Below, piece by piece: positions 29,067 through 39,602 of a stretch of DNA of 64,000 bases. The stretch is from a virus. The DNA lies in the IMG/VR virus record IMGVR_UViG_3300044635_002180, positions 52,216-116,215 of that record, one strand, 5' to 3'. Position 1 is the stretch's first letter, and the number at the start of each line of letters is the position of its first letter. A model generated the notes under the pieces. That model worked only from the letters and a program-made list of their open reading frames with translations, had not been told where the DNA came from and did no database searches. A program made the position numbers and the translations under genes.

Positions 29067-30956
29067 GTGATAAATTATTCAAAAACAAAGGTAGGTTTTA
29101 CTAATGGTGCAGATTTTGTACTTTCAGCAAATAGCTATGTTGGTTATTATCATGTAATTGATGGTAGTGCTTATCAAGGTGCTAATATTTTAGATATTAG
29201 TCTGCCGCTTGAGGCTAAAAATAATATTTCAGCAGATGCTTTGCTATCTGAATTTTTGTATGATAGAATAATTGATGATGCTGTCTCTCTGCCATATTCA
29301 TTGAATGATATACTTGTAGCACCCAATGAAACCTGCAATGCTCGTGTGTTCAATGATAGGCTTGAAAAACTCTACACCAATGCAATTTACCTGTATAACA
29401 ATTTATTTTTAGCTAGCAACAATATACCCAATGGGTATGACAGAGCTGCAGGAGTTTCCAAAGCAACTAATACTTTGTCATGGTCTCAAGAAAGTGCACA
29501 ATCTGGTGCTTCTTTTGCTCCATTTGCATCAGCAGGATATGCAGTTGTAGATGATGCAATACAATTTACTACAGTAAAAACATACAACAACGATTATGTA
29601 TTTTTTGGTATAACACCTACGCACTTTGTTGCTCTTTCATCAAACAAAGAGTTGACAGCATTTGATGTTGCAACAACCAATGAGTATGTTGCAGAAAATA
29701 ATGATTTGAAATTTACACAGCTTGCAAGCTTTAGTGTGGCAGGCAAATATGCGTTTTTATGTGATGCTGCGCAAAATACAATTTATAAATATGATGTTTC
29801 TGGTTATTTTTCAGGAGATGCAACCATCTACAATCGTCGCATTTTAATAGACAGCATTGGTGGATTTGGCAGTGCATTATCAAAGACCAAATTTGATTCA
29901 CCAAACATTGTATTTGCTGTTGAACCTTTGAATCGCTTGTATGTAAATGATAGCAACAACCGATGCATAAAAATATTTGATACTAGCTTTTCATATGTTG
30001 CAACAAAAACTTTTGCAGCAGGTTCTAATACTATTGTAAAGTGCTTTGGATATAATCCTATTTTGCAACGCATTTACTATGTAACAAAAAATGCTGTTAC
30101 GCAGGAACATACTATACAAATATGTGATGCTGATTTAAATGCAGAAGAGACTTATGACTTGCCAGATGCATTGGAGCAAAATGAAGACTATGCTGGTTTT
30201 GTTTTTTCAAAGAATGATTCTAATATTTTTTACTTGTTCACCAATCAAAATGTGTTTAAGAAATTTGTTAATAAGCCAAATAAAACCATAGGCAAATGGC
30301 TGCTATACAAAAGTGGAATAACAGCAACACACATTTGGAATCTAGAGAATTCATTGTATAATTTGGCACAATGGAATTGGAATGAAGGTGAAATATCAAT
30401 AAGAACAGCTCTCAGCATTAACGGCATGTCTTCTTTCTTTATTTCTGACATTGATGAAAGAGAAGAAATATTTTTGTTTGTAGGCGCCAACGACAAATCC
30501 TTTAACAGAATATTGCATTATACAGAAACAAATATTTTCAATACTGCATTGGGTGCTACTGTAATTAATGCTTACAACATCTCTCAAGCCACAGTGGATG
30601 ATAATGAATTTGTAAATGCCATGGTCATAAACAAAGAGTTGTATAAAATTGCTTATAACATTTTAAACATCATAAGATTCATCACAAGCAGATATGCAGC
30701 AGAATATGATTTCTTAAATAATCTTGTATTCAAGAATACCATCGCTTTAAGTAATGAGGAATTTGCTTTGATAAATTTTGTTAATTTAAAAAATCTATAT
30801 GTGCATGAAAATGAAATCATGAATAGCATTGGACCAATCAATAGATGCTTCAAAGAGTTGTGCAATTTGCAAAATAACGCATTGCAAATTGTACGCACAC
30901 GCATCAATAACTTCGTTTCAACGCTTTCTGGCACACAAACAATTATTTTAAACTAA
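29067..30956 (+). CDS. structural protein with NHL/beta-propeller repeats
   Basis: 'IGGFG..KFDSP..LYVNDSNNRCIKIFD' NHL motif; GTG start with TAAATA-N5. Confidence 0.6.
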   Translation: MINYSKTKVGFTNGADFVLSANSYVGYYHVIDGSAYQGANILDISLPLEAKNNISADALLSEFLYDRIIDDAVSLPYSLNDILVAPNETCNARVFNDRLEKLYTNAIYLYNNLFLASNNIPNGYDRAAGVSKATNTLSWSQESAQSGASFAPFASAGYAVVDDAIQFTTVKTYNNDYVFFGITPTHFVALSSNKELTAFDVATTNEYVAENNDLKFTQLASFSVAGKYAFLCDAAQNTIYKYDVSGYFSGDATIYNRRILIDSIGGFGSALSKTKFDSPNIVFAVEPLNRLYVNDSNNRCIKIFDTSFSYVATKTFAAGSNTIVKCFGYNPILQRIYYVTKNAVTQEHTIQICDADLNAEETYDLPDALEQNEDYAGFVFSKNDSNIFYLFTNQNVFKKFVNKPNKTIGKWLLYKSGITATHIWNLENSLYNLAQWNWNEGEISIRTALSINGMSSFFISDIDEREEIFLFVGANDKSFNRILHYTETNIFNTALGATVINAYNISQATVDDNEFVNAMVINKELYKIAYNILNIIRFITSRYAAEYDFLNNLVFKNTIALSNEEFALINFVNLKNLYVHENEIMNSIGPINRCFKELCNLQNNALQIVRTRINNFVSTLSGTQTIILN

Positions 30957-30977
30957 CTCATGTTATAAATAACTACA

Positions 30978-32549
30978 ATGGCATCACAAACACTAACAGA
31001 CCAAACAGTAGCTTCAACATATCAAGGCGTTTTGCATGCCAATGGAGAAGCATTGCCAGCCGTTTCTACAGCAATAATTTATGATGGCAGCGGACAAATT
31101 TCTTCTCTGAAATTGGGTGTTTCAGGTCAAGGAGCTGCTGTTGCAGGGGGGTTTTCATGCTCACAACAGCTGACAGCAGGTGAAATAAGATATACCACAG
31201 TAGATTCTGCATCTGGTGCCAACTTTCCGCTGGTTTCTGATGGAAACAAAACAGCAGTGTTTGGTCAAATGACATCAAATGCTCTTCTTGATCTCACACC
31301 AAGCCCTGCAGGAGAATATGGCAATATTCAATATTTAGCTGTTAACAGCAAGGGCTTAGTGACCAACGTTGTAGGTGGTCCTGCAACATCAAATGCTTGG
31401 GTTACTTTTGATGGCAAAGATGTATCTTTTACATATCTCATTAACAACTTGACAGTAACATGCACATCCATTGGGCATTCTTTGGTAACAGGCAATATAA
31501 TAACTGTAAAAAATGCAACAAACACTAGCCTCAATGGATCTTTTGTTGTTCAGTCTTCTGATATTCTCAATAATACGTTTACATTTGCTAATCCAACAGG
31601 AGCAACTACAGGTTCAGGTTCAGGCATTGTAGATGTAACAATTAAATCCAGCTACAATGTAAGCTCTGTTGTTCGTGAATCTGTAGGCATATACAAAGTA
31701 AATTTTGCTACAGAATTTAAGAACAAAGATTATGTTACGGTGTGTGGTGCAAAATATCCCAACGTTGCACGTACTGATTTGGAAAATTTGCAAGCAAATT
31801 CTGTGCTTGCACAAAAAGGCTATGTCAAAATAAGAAGCTTTTATATAACCAGTGGCGATCAAGTAATAGAATATGATGATGGTTACATCAGTGTTTATTG
31901 TTTAGGTAGCACAGTTGAGGATAATTCTCCAACTCCAGTATCTTTTGATAGTTTTATAAACACAAATGCTCATTGGTCTGAAGCAGCAGCACCTGCTGGC
32001 TCCACTATAACAGCAAGCATAACACCCGCTGTTATGTCAACCAACAAATGGAACATGGTCATCATTGGTGCATATGAGTCATTTAGTTGTGTCTCTGGCT
32101 GTCAAGGCATTGAGAGCAGAGTTGTTGTAAACGGTGCAACAACCTCGCAAATGAACCAGGGGTCATGCGGCAACTCTGGTGCTGAAACAGCTATATATCA
32201 TGTATTCATTTACACTAACAATGAATTAAAATATGCAAATTTTCATTGGACCAATTCTGGATGGAGCCCATATGTAACCAATGCATGGGATAGGCCCAAT
32301 AAAAATGCTGCTTTGGCTGCTTTCAATGGACTATATTCACAAGGTGCAATTGTTAATAATCAAATTGTCAATGTACAACAGAGTTCACCAGGAACATGGG
32401 TTACAAACTTTTTAAACTCATATGGTAGTGAATTTACAATAATACAATCAGCTGATGTAACATTTTACACTGTTGCTGGAAGAGCAAATCGATGCAATGG
32501 TGGATATGTTGTGTGGCAAAATTATATTAGATACTTTACCCCACAATAA
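30978..32549 (+). CDS. tail fibre / adhesin-like protein
   Basis: 'VNSKGLVT' fibre motif; 'AWVTFDG..SYNVSSVVR..GIYKVNF' domain shared with the 24380 gene. Confidence 0.65.
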   Translation: MASQTLTDQTVASTYQGVLHANGEALPAVSTAIIYDGSGQISSLKLGVSGQGAAVAGGFSCSQQLTAGEIRYTTVDSASGANFPLVSDGNKTAVFGQMTSNALLDLTPSPAGEYGNIQYLAVNSKGLVTNVVGGPATSNAWVTFDGKDVSFTYLINNLTVTCTSIGHSLVTGNIITVKNATNTSLNGSFVVQSSDILNNTFTFANPTGATTGSGSGIVDVTIKSSYNVSSVVRESVGIYKVNFATEFKNKDYVTVCGAKYPNVARTDLENLQANSVLAQKGYVKIRSFYITSGDQVIEYDDGYISVYCLGSTVEDNSPTPVSFDSFINTNAHWSEAAAPAGSTITASITPAVMSTNKWNMVIIGAYESFSCVSGCQGIESRVVVNGATTSQMNQGSCGNSGAETAIYHVFIYTNNELKYANFHWTNSGWSPYVTNAWDRPNKNAALAAFNGLYSQGAIVNNQIVNVQQSSPGTWVTNFLNSYGSEFTIIQSADVTFYTVAGRANRCNGGYVVWQNYIRYFTPQ

Positions 32550-32554
32550 TTTTT

Positions 32555-33880
32555 ATGCCTGATATTAAAATAGTTAAATTAAAACTACGCCGTGGTACTG
32601 AAACTCAACGCAAATTGGTTGTTTTGGATCAAGGTGAACTTGGTTATGTGACTGATACCAAAAGAACATTTGTTGGGGATGGCAGCACTTTGGGAGGAAC
32701 TATAATTGGAACAAAAATCTTTACACCCATTGCAAGCAATAAAACAGGTTTAAATGCCTATACCGGTGATGTAGTTGTTGAAAATAATTTGATGTATCAA
32801 TTGACTGGCTCAAATGCTGGGCAACTTTCTGCATGGAAATTGATTAGCCCCATTGTTGACAATTCTACCATCAATTTTGATCCATCAAATGTCTTGCGCA
32901 TCAAACCTGATGGTGTGGGCATTGCTCAACTTGGCAATATTACTTACAATCTAGGCGGTATAGTAATGAACAACACTCAGGGACTGAGTGCAAATGTTGA
33001 TAAAACCACCATCATTGTTAATACATCTAATCAGCTTGCCATCAGCACTGTTTACGCCAGCAGCATCATTGGGCAAATCAACAACACTCAAATTAATACT
33101 GCCACTCTTGCTGGCAGTGCATTGCAGAGTACAGGAAATAAACTAGATGTTCAAGTGGATAATTCCACAATTGTAATATCTTCCAATCAATTGACAGTAG
33201 GAACGCTTGATGCTAGCAAGATCTCAACCGGAACCTTTGGTGCAACTCGCATTGATGCTTCTGTTGTAGGTCAGGGACTGCAGGGTGGTGCTGGTGTTGC
33301 AATTTCAACCAGCCTTGATCTCAACTCATTAGCATATAACAACAGCAACCAAATTGTACTCAACACACTTTATAAAGCTGCGCGCATTCCGCTCAGCTCA
33401 AATGACGTTAATTTTGGCGGCTTTACAACTAGCTATGCAACGGCTTCTGCATTAGCAACTATCAACAGTGCTTTGAGCACAGTAAGCACCATGATAATTA
33501 TTGGTACAGGCACAGGCTATACATCTACTCCATCCATCTCTGTTCAGCCACCATCAGCTGCACCAGGCTTCTTTCCTGCATCAGCAAGTGCTGTAGTTTA
33601 TAATGGGATGCTTTCTGCAATTACTATAACTAATGCAGGTTCGGGATATAATTTTGTACCGCAGATAATAATTGATCCACCACCTCATAGAGAGACATTG
33701 TATCAGGTGGTTACTGCAACTACTACAGGTGGTGTTATACCTGGGTCTCAAACATATCAATTATCATCTGCAGGCTTTGTCATGATGCATTTTGGCAGCG
33801 AGTTGGGAATTTTAGCCGTTCCTGTGTTTAAAGTGCCTACAGCATTGCAAAATTTAACAGTTGCTACTGTAACAGTGTAA
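32555..33880 (+). CDS. fibre protein with Mtd-N / hyaluronidase-like N-terminal domain
   Basis: 'KLRRGT..VLDQGELGYVTDTKRTFVGDG'; 'VDNSTI' repeats; 'GTGYT/AGSGY' repeats. Confidence 0.7.
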   Translation: MPDIKIVKLKLRRGTETQRKLVVLDQGELGYVTDTKRTFVGDGSTLGGTIIGTKIFTPIASNKTGLNAYTGDVVVENNLMYQLTGSNAGQLSAWKLISPIVDNSTINFDPSNVLRIKPDGVGIAQLGNITYNLGGIVMNNTQGLSANVDKTTIIVNTSNQLAISTVYASSIIGQINNTQINTATLAGSALQSTGNKLDVQVDNSTIVISSNQLTVGTLDASKISTGTFGATRIDASVVGQGLQGGAGVAISTSLDLNSLAYNNSNQIVLNTLYKAARIPLSSNDVNFGGFTTSYATASALATINSALSTVSTMIIIGTGTGYTSTPSISVQPPSAAPGFFPASASAVVYNGMLSAITITNAGSGYNFVPQIIIDPPPHRETLYQVVTATTTGGVIPGSQTYQLSSAGFVMMHFGSELGILAVPVFKVPTALQNLTVATVTV

Positions 33881-33907
33881 ATTTAGCTGCATGCATTAAA
33901 TACAGGC

Positions 33908-36493
33908 ATGAGTAGCGGTGCTAATAAAATTGAAATTACACAATCAACCCTTTTAAAACTTCTTGTTCGTCGTGGCTCCAATGAAGAGCGCAAAAACATA
34001 GTTTTATCAGAAGGTGAATTGGGGTATGCAGTTGATACAAAAAAACTTTTCGTTGGCGATGGTGCAACTGTGGGTGGTGTGCCTGTTACAACACAGGTTT
34101 ATTATGGTGCTACTCCACCAATTGCTTATAATGCAGCAACCACGGGTGATTTTGCTTATGATTCTACAGAAGGTGCTTTGTATGTATTAACAGGTGATGA
34201 TCCAACCATCATCGGCGATTGGGGAATTGTTGCTAATGATGTGCGTGTTGATGATGCAACAATGCAGTTGATAACATACAATGGTGTTCCAAATACTCTT
34301 GCTGTTAAGACTGTTAGCGCAGCACAGCTTGACCCAAATTTGCCTGGAACTGGTTTGGAATACAGTGGTGTGCCCATCAGAACAATTCAAACCACTGCAG
34401 ATCAAGCTTTTGATAGCATCAGTTTGCGCTCTGCTGCAGCATTGCAAATACCTACCACCTTACAATTCGGTACAGCTGGTGGAGCAACTCAATATTCAAT
34501 GCCACCCTTTGATGGTCCCAATGGATACTCATTAGTCACAAATGGTAATGGTGTTCTTGAATGGAAGCCTGGCAATTCTGTTACGGAGTATTTGGTTCTG
34601 ACTGGCAACCAAATACCAGTTGGCACAATATTACAGTTTGGATCTGGTGGCAACTTCCAACGAGCTGTTTCTAGTTATGATGTGCCTTATGGATATTTTT
34701 TATGTGATGGTAGAACGCTTTCAGGAACTCAGTATCAAGCTCTCTGTGAAGCAATTGGAACGTTTTATGGAACTGCATCTGCTGGAACATTCAAAATTCC
34801 ATCTTTGACTGCGTCTAATTACGTTTATCTCATCAAATACCTCGAGGATCAATACATTGAGCCTGTTACAATTTCTCTTGAAAACAGCCTCACTGGCTTA
34901 AACGTTACTGCATCAACATCGGTTTCATCTTTTGAAATTCCACAAAGTTCTGCTGTTGAAATTCGCTTGGGTGTTCCTGACTATGTTAGCAAGACTTATG
35001 TTGATTCTATTTTCTCCTCTTTGGTGGTTCAAAATACTGTTTACAAGCTAGCAAAAATGTCTGAACCTAATTGCAGCAATGGTATAAATGCTCTGGGCTT
35101 TACAGCATTCATAGACAAGCGTACCAAGGCATTGAGATTCAGCGGCTTGGATAGAAGTGGTACTGCCGGTATTAGCAACATACAAGGTAACTGCACTCCC
35201 ATCCTCATTGATTCACCCATAGAATATGGTGATGCATATGAGTGTGCAGAAGAGATATATGGTGCAGAAGCCACTACATTTGTAGTCACCAACAGTGGCA
35301 ATGTGTATGCAGCTGGTGATAATAATTATGGTATAAATGGCACAAACAATTCCGCCACAGGTGGTATAAATGCTGCAAATTCTAGATATACCAAACTTAC
35401 ATTCCCTGCGGGTGCAGGCAAGGTTACAAAAATAAGCATTGGTGGTGCTTGGTGGTATAGTGAAACATATTCTGTACGACATGCTTTTGCATTGACAGAA
35501 TCTGGCAGCGCATTTGCATGGGGTTATAATGGATATGGACAAACAGGCATTAATTCTTCGACAAATCAAGTAACATCACCAACTTCAACTCACACAGGTT
35601 CTCTTTCTGACAAATTAGTAAGCAAGATATATTCATTCTGTGGCAATACCTATGGTTATTCTTTTGCCATTGATACATCTGGTGGTGTGCATGCTTGTGG
35701 TTATGGTGGTAGTTATAATTTCGGCAACAACTCAACAGCAAATATAGATACAGGGTGGAGAAGCTTAAATAGAACTGCAGATGAAATTTATGCTGCAGTT
35801 GGTTCTCCCTACCACACCACATACTTGCTCTCTGGTGGCAGGTTGTGGGGTTGTGGATATAACTATGGATACCAAATTGGCAGAGCAACCGGTGAAACAT
35901 ACATTACCACTTTTGTGCCAGTTAGCTCCAGCAGCACAAGCTTTACACAGCTTACTGGTGTATCTGCTCTCTCCATAAGTGATAATTATGGTGGATCCTG
36001 CACAATAATTGCTTTGATGCAAGATCAGACCATAAGAACATGGGGATATAATAACAGTGGGCAGTGCGGAACGGGTACCACATCTGAGTATATAACAGCT
36101 CCTGCTTCTAACATATCTTCCGGTGGTGGATTTGCAAATGCAGGCATAGTTAAAATAAAAGCTCATGGATATTATCCGTATAGTTCAGTTTTTGTTATGA
36201 ATTCTGCTGGGCAAATTTGGAGCACTGGATACAATGGCTATGGTCAATTGGGCAATGCCAACACAGGATCAAATTCTAGCTTCTTTACCAGAGTAAAACA
36301 GCCGCGTGGAGTAACTTACAAAGATTTCAACATCTATGCTGAATATAATGTAATTGAATCCTACACTGTACTTGCAGTAGATGCAAATGATAATTTATAT
36401 GCTTGGGGTGGAAACTTTTACTCACAGTGTGGGTTTGCCAACTACCCAAATTTGAATTATTACGGAACTCCACTAAAAATTAACTTCAATTAA
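33908..36493 (+). CDS. fibre protein: Mtd-N domain + tail collar + RCC1-like beta-propeller
   Basis: 'RRGSNEE..GELGYAVDTKKLFVGDG'; collar 'PVGTI..GYFLCDG'; several 'WGYNGYGQ.G' RCC1 repeats. Confidence 0.8.
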   Translation: MSSGANKIEITQSTLLKLLVRRGSNEERKNIVLSEGELGYAVDTKKLFVGDGATVGGVPVTTQVYYGATPPIAYNAATTGDFAYDSTEGALYVLTGDDPTIIGDWGIVANDVRVDDATMQLITYNGVPNTLAVKTVSAAQLDPNLPGTGLEYSGVPIRTIQTTADQAFDSISLRSAAALQIPTTLQFGTAGGATQYSMPPFDGPNGYSLVTNGNGVLEWKPGNSVTEYLVLTGNQIPVGTILQFGSGGNFQRAVSSYDVPYGYFLCDGRTLSGTQYQALCEAIGTFYGTASAGTFKIPSLTASNYVYLIKYLEDQYIEPVTISLENSLTGLNVTASTSVSSFEIPQSSAVEIRLGVPDYVSKTYVDSIFSSLVVQNTVYKLAKMSEPNCSNGINALGFTAFIDKRTKALRFSGLDRSGTAGISNIQGNCTPILIDSPIEYGDAYECAEEIYGAEATTFVVTNSGNVYAAGDNNYGINGTNNSATGGINAANSRYTKLTFPAGAGKVTKISIGGAWWYSETYSVRHAFALTESGSAFAWGYNGYGQTGINSSTNQVTSPTSTHTGSLSDKLVSKIYSFCGNTYGYSFAIDTSGGVHACGYGGSYNFGNNSTANIDTGWRSLNRTADEIYAAVGSPYHTTYLLSGGRLWGCGYNYGYQIGRATGETYITTFVPVSSSSTSFTQLTGVSALSISDNYGGSCTIIALMQDQTIRTWGYNNSGQCGTGTTSEYITAPASNISSGGGFANAGIVKIKAHGYYPYSSVFVMNSAGQIWSTGYNGYGQLGNANTGSNSSFFTRVKQPRGVTYKDFNIYAEYNVIESYTVLAVDANDNLYAWGGNFYSQCGFANYPNLNYYGTPLKINFN

Positions 36494-38721
36494 TGTCTAG
36501 CACAGTCATATCAACATCAGCAGCTGCAGCAAGCATTGCATTTGCGCAAGCATACAATGCATATCAGGACATCACATGGTCTTTGCAATACACTCTCTGT
36601 GGTGATGCAAATGCACAAGGTGGTTTTTGTGCTTTTTTGTATGGTGCTCCTGATTTGACGCCAGGTGGCATTGGCAAGTCTTTGGGGTTTGCGCCATCTC
36701 AAAATTATACTGGATTCACCAATGTATCCGGCATTAGTGGTGCAATTGTTGGCATAGGATTGGATAGCCTTGGCTTGTTTGCTGTTTCTGGAAATGGCAT
36801 GTCAACTGGCATTGATGCTTCTCAAGCTATTCGCAATGCTATAACCATCAGAACCGGAACTAATTTTACCTTTTTAACTACATTTGCAGCCACTGCTTTT
36901 GATTCCACATTTACAGTTGTTCAATCATCTGCAGCATTGCAGCAGTTGCGATTCAGACTTACAGAAGCAAGCAATGCTATAGAAATAGCACAATGGAATG
37001 GTGATGCATATGATGTTTGGTGCAATGTTCCTGTTTCGTTGAACTTGCCTGCATCTGCTTTTTGCAGAGCAGGCTTTTCATTTGCTGCACCTCTCTGTGG
37101 AAATGTTGCTGCAGCTAAGTTTGGCATTGCAAATGCACATTTTGAGGGATCATTGCAGCAACCAACTCAGCAAATTGTAGAACCACCACTGCAATGCAAA
37201 TTGCCTGTTGTATCAAATATCAATGTTGCAACACCAAATTCAATAACAATACACCCCAACATTGAAACACTGGGTGGAGCTTATGCACCCATTGAACCAC
37301 CAACACCATTGCCTGATCCATGTGATGCTCAACCTACTGCTACAGTCAAATGCGGTGAAAATATTTCTTATGTTGGTGAACGCGGCACCTTTTATTATTA
37401 CATTGATGCTGGTGAAGCAACAGGCGAATTTACCATTGCATATGATGCTTATACCATCCCAGATAGATTTACACTTACATGGAACAATCAAGTAGCTACA
37501 TCATGCTTTGTTGGTGATTCAAGCTTTAATGCTGAATTATCTGCACTTGGCTATGGACCTGTTGCTTCAACAGGCAGAGGGTTGCTTAAAATTAACAAAA
37601 CTTTGAGCAATCCACGAATTGTGGAATTGCGCGTTGATGGTCCGTTGGAGGGAACTGCATGGGAAGTTCAGGTATTGTGCATACCAACACCACAGCCACA
37701 ATTGTTGCTTTATAGGGGCACAAATACATCTCCAGCTAACCTCATTAATAATTTTGACAGCATCAACTTTGGTACATTTAATTTGGGACAATCTGCTCAA
37801 CAGATTTTCACCATTAAAAACAATGGTGATGCAAATTTAAATTCTTTTAGCTTGGTGCAGCTGCTCACTGCATCATTTTCGCAATACAAAGTTGGCATTC
37901 CAATTACTTCAGCTGCAGTTGCACCAAATGGTTCAACTACTTTTGCCATTAATTTTACTCCAACATTAACAGGAAACAACAACAGTCGATTTGATCTGTA
38001 TAGTAATGATGCAAAAAGTCCCATTACTTTTAATCTTAGTGCCATTGTTCTTAGTGATGCTATTCCATTGTGTGCATGCAATTCAGAAATTGATTATAGT
38101 GGAGATCAAGGTGTATTTACATACAACATAGATTATGGTTCTGATGTTGGTGACATCAACATCGAATACAATTCATTTAGCATCCCAGATAGATTTACAC
38201 TCAACTGGAATGGCATAAGTGCAACTACAGGTTTTGTTGGAGATGCTACATACAATAGTCAGTTGACTGCCTTGGGTTATCCGCCTGTTTCTTCAACAAC
38301 AAGCAGTGGCATTTTATCTGTTGCTAAAACATCAGCAGAACCTCAGTATGCTACATTAACAGTTGAAGGACCGCTTGTGGGAACAGCATGGTATATTGAA
38401 TCAAGTTGTATAGCAGCTCCTACAACAACAACTACCACAACACCACCTCCAACAACACCACCTCCAACAACGCCACCACCTACCACAACAACTACCACAA
38501 CAACTACAACAACAACTACAACAACAACTACAACAACAACTACAACAACAACTACCAGCACAACTACCAGCACAACTACCAGCACAACTACCAGCACAAC
38601 TACCAGCACAACTACCAGCACAACTACCAGCACAACAACCAGCACAACAACCAGCACAACTACCAGCACAACTACCAGCACAACTACCAGCACAACAACA
38701 AGTACAACAACACTACCGTAA
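36493..38721 (+). CDS. adhesin-like virion protein: L-type lectin-like domain, duplicated ~110-aa domain, Ig-like domain, Pro/Thr/Ser mucin-like tail
   Basis: 'GGFCAFL..SLGF..VGIGLDSLG'; two 'IPDRFTLxWN' domains; 'FGTFNLG..FTIKNNGDANL..FTPT' Ig-like segment; C-terminal T/S run. Confidence 0.7.
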   Translation: MSSTVISTSAAAASIAFAQAYNAYQDITWSLQYTLCGDANAQGGFCAFLYGAPDLTPGGIGKSLGFAPSQNYTGFTNVSGISGAIVGIGLDSLGLFAVSGNGMSTGIDASQAIRNAITIRTGTNFTFLTTFAATAFDSTFTVVQSSAALQQLRFRLTEASNAIEIAQWNGDAYDVWCNVPVSLNLPASAFCRAGFSFAAPLCGNVAAAKFGIANAHFEGSLQQPTQQIVEPPLQCKLPVVSNINVATPNSITIHPNIETLGGAYAPIEPPTPLPDPCDAQPTATVKCGENISYVGERGTFYYYIDAGEATGEFTIAYDAYTIPDRFTLTWNNQVATSCFVGDSSFNAELSALGYGPVASTGRGLLKINKTLSNPRIVELRVDGPLEGTAWEVQVLCIPTPQPQLLLYRGTNTSPANLINNFDSINFGTFNLGQSAQQIFTIKNNGDANLNSFSLVQLLTASFSQYKVGIPITSAAVAPNGSTTFAINFTPTLTGNNNSRFDLYSNDAKSPITFNLSAIVLSDAIPLCACNSEIDYSGDQGVFTYNIDYGSDVGDINIEYNSFSIPDRFTLNWNGISATTGFVGDATYNSQLTALGYPPVSSTTSSGILSVAKTSAEPQYATLTVEGPLVGTAWYIESSCIAAPTTTTTTTPPPTTPPPTTPPPTTTTTTTTTTTTTTTTTTTTTTTTTSTTTSTTTSTTTSTTTSTTTSTTTSTTTSTTTSTTTSTTTSTTTSTTTSTTTLP
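38421..38715 (+). repeat. coding tandem repeat: TTPPP and poly-T codons, then about 13 x 12-bp ACCAGCACAACT (TSTT)
   Basis: read directly from the sequence. Confidence 0.95.
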
Positions 38722-38762
38722 TATATTGTTGAAAGTAGAAATGCTTTAGGTAAATATTTTAA

Positions 38763-39602
38763 ATGAAGAAGCTAACCATTGGAATGTCAACTTATGATGA
38801 TTATGATGGTGTATATTTTTCTATACAGTCGTTAAAGATGTATCAACTTGATTTTTTAAATAATGACTATGAAATAATAGTTTTAGATAATAATCCAAAT
38901 TCACAGCATGGTAGAGAGGTTAAAAATTTCGTTCAAAACTGGGCTAAAGGTATGTATATTCCATATACAGAAAAAATAAGTACGTTTACAAAATATGAAA
39001 TTTTTAAATACGCACGGGGTGAATATACATTATGTCTTGATTCACACGTGTTATTACAACCTAATGGTGTTAAAAATTTAATGGAGTATTATTCAAAAAA
39101 TCCTAATACGAAAAATCTAATACAGGGACCATTATGGTATGATGATTTAAATAGTATATCCACACATTTCGATCCGGTGTGGCGTGGAACTATGTACGGA
39201 ACATGGGGAACGAATAAAGATTTATATGAAAAGCAGGATCCATTTGAAATTTCTCTTATGGGAATGGGCATGTTTTCTTGCAAGACATCCGAGTGGCCGG
39301 GTATAAATCAAAATTTTATAGGCTTTGGAGGAGAGGAAGGATATGTACATGAGAAGTTTCGTGAAGCAGGTGGCAAGTGCATTTGTCTTCCTACAGTAAA
39401 ATGGAACCACAGGTTTGGTAGACCTAATGGAGTTCCATATCCTAATGTACTTGAGGATAGAATTTGGAACTACTTTGTCGGGTGGTTAGAAATATTAAAA
39501 GATCCTGGAGATCCTTTTTTTCAATCAATTTTTGATGCCTTTAAGGATGCAGTACCGCATAAAGTCATAAGTAATTTATTTGAAAAAGCTAAACAACTAT
39601 GA
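38763..39602 (+). CDS. GT-A / family 2 glycosyltransferase
   Basis: 'LTIGMSTYDD..EIIVLDNNP..YTLCLDSHV..GFGGEE'. Confidence 0.8.
   Translation: MKKLTIGMSTYDDYDGVYFSIQSLKMYQLDFLNNDYEIIVLDNNPNSQHGREVKNFVQNWAKGMYIPYTEKISTFTKYEIFKYARGEYTLCLDSHVLLQPNGVKNLMEYYSKNPNTKNLIQGPLWYDDLNSISTHFDPVWRGTMYGTWGTNKDLYEKQDPFEISLMGMGMFSCKTSEWPGINQNFIGFGGEEGYVHEKFREAGGKCICLPTVKWNHRFGRPNGVPYPNVLEDRIWNYFVGWLEILKDPGDPFFQSIFDAFKDAVPHKVISNLFEKAKQL

Noticed and set aside
32555-36493. Diversity-generating retroelement suggested by Mtd-like N-termini
   Set aside because: No reverse transcriptase and no TR/VR pair differing at adenines seen in the window
38421-38715. Tandem repeat as a CRISPR array
   Set aside because: Contiguous 12-bp units with no unique spacers, lying in frame within a CDS; the 18076 nuclease is a typical stand-alone phage exonuclease
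38343-38732. ORFs encoding poly-LVVV (minus) and poly-HNYQ (plus)
   Set aside because: Alternative-frame shadows of the stop-free repeat
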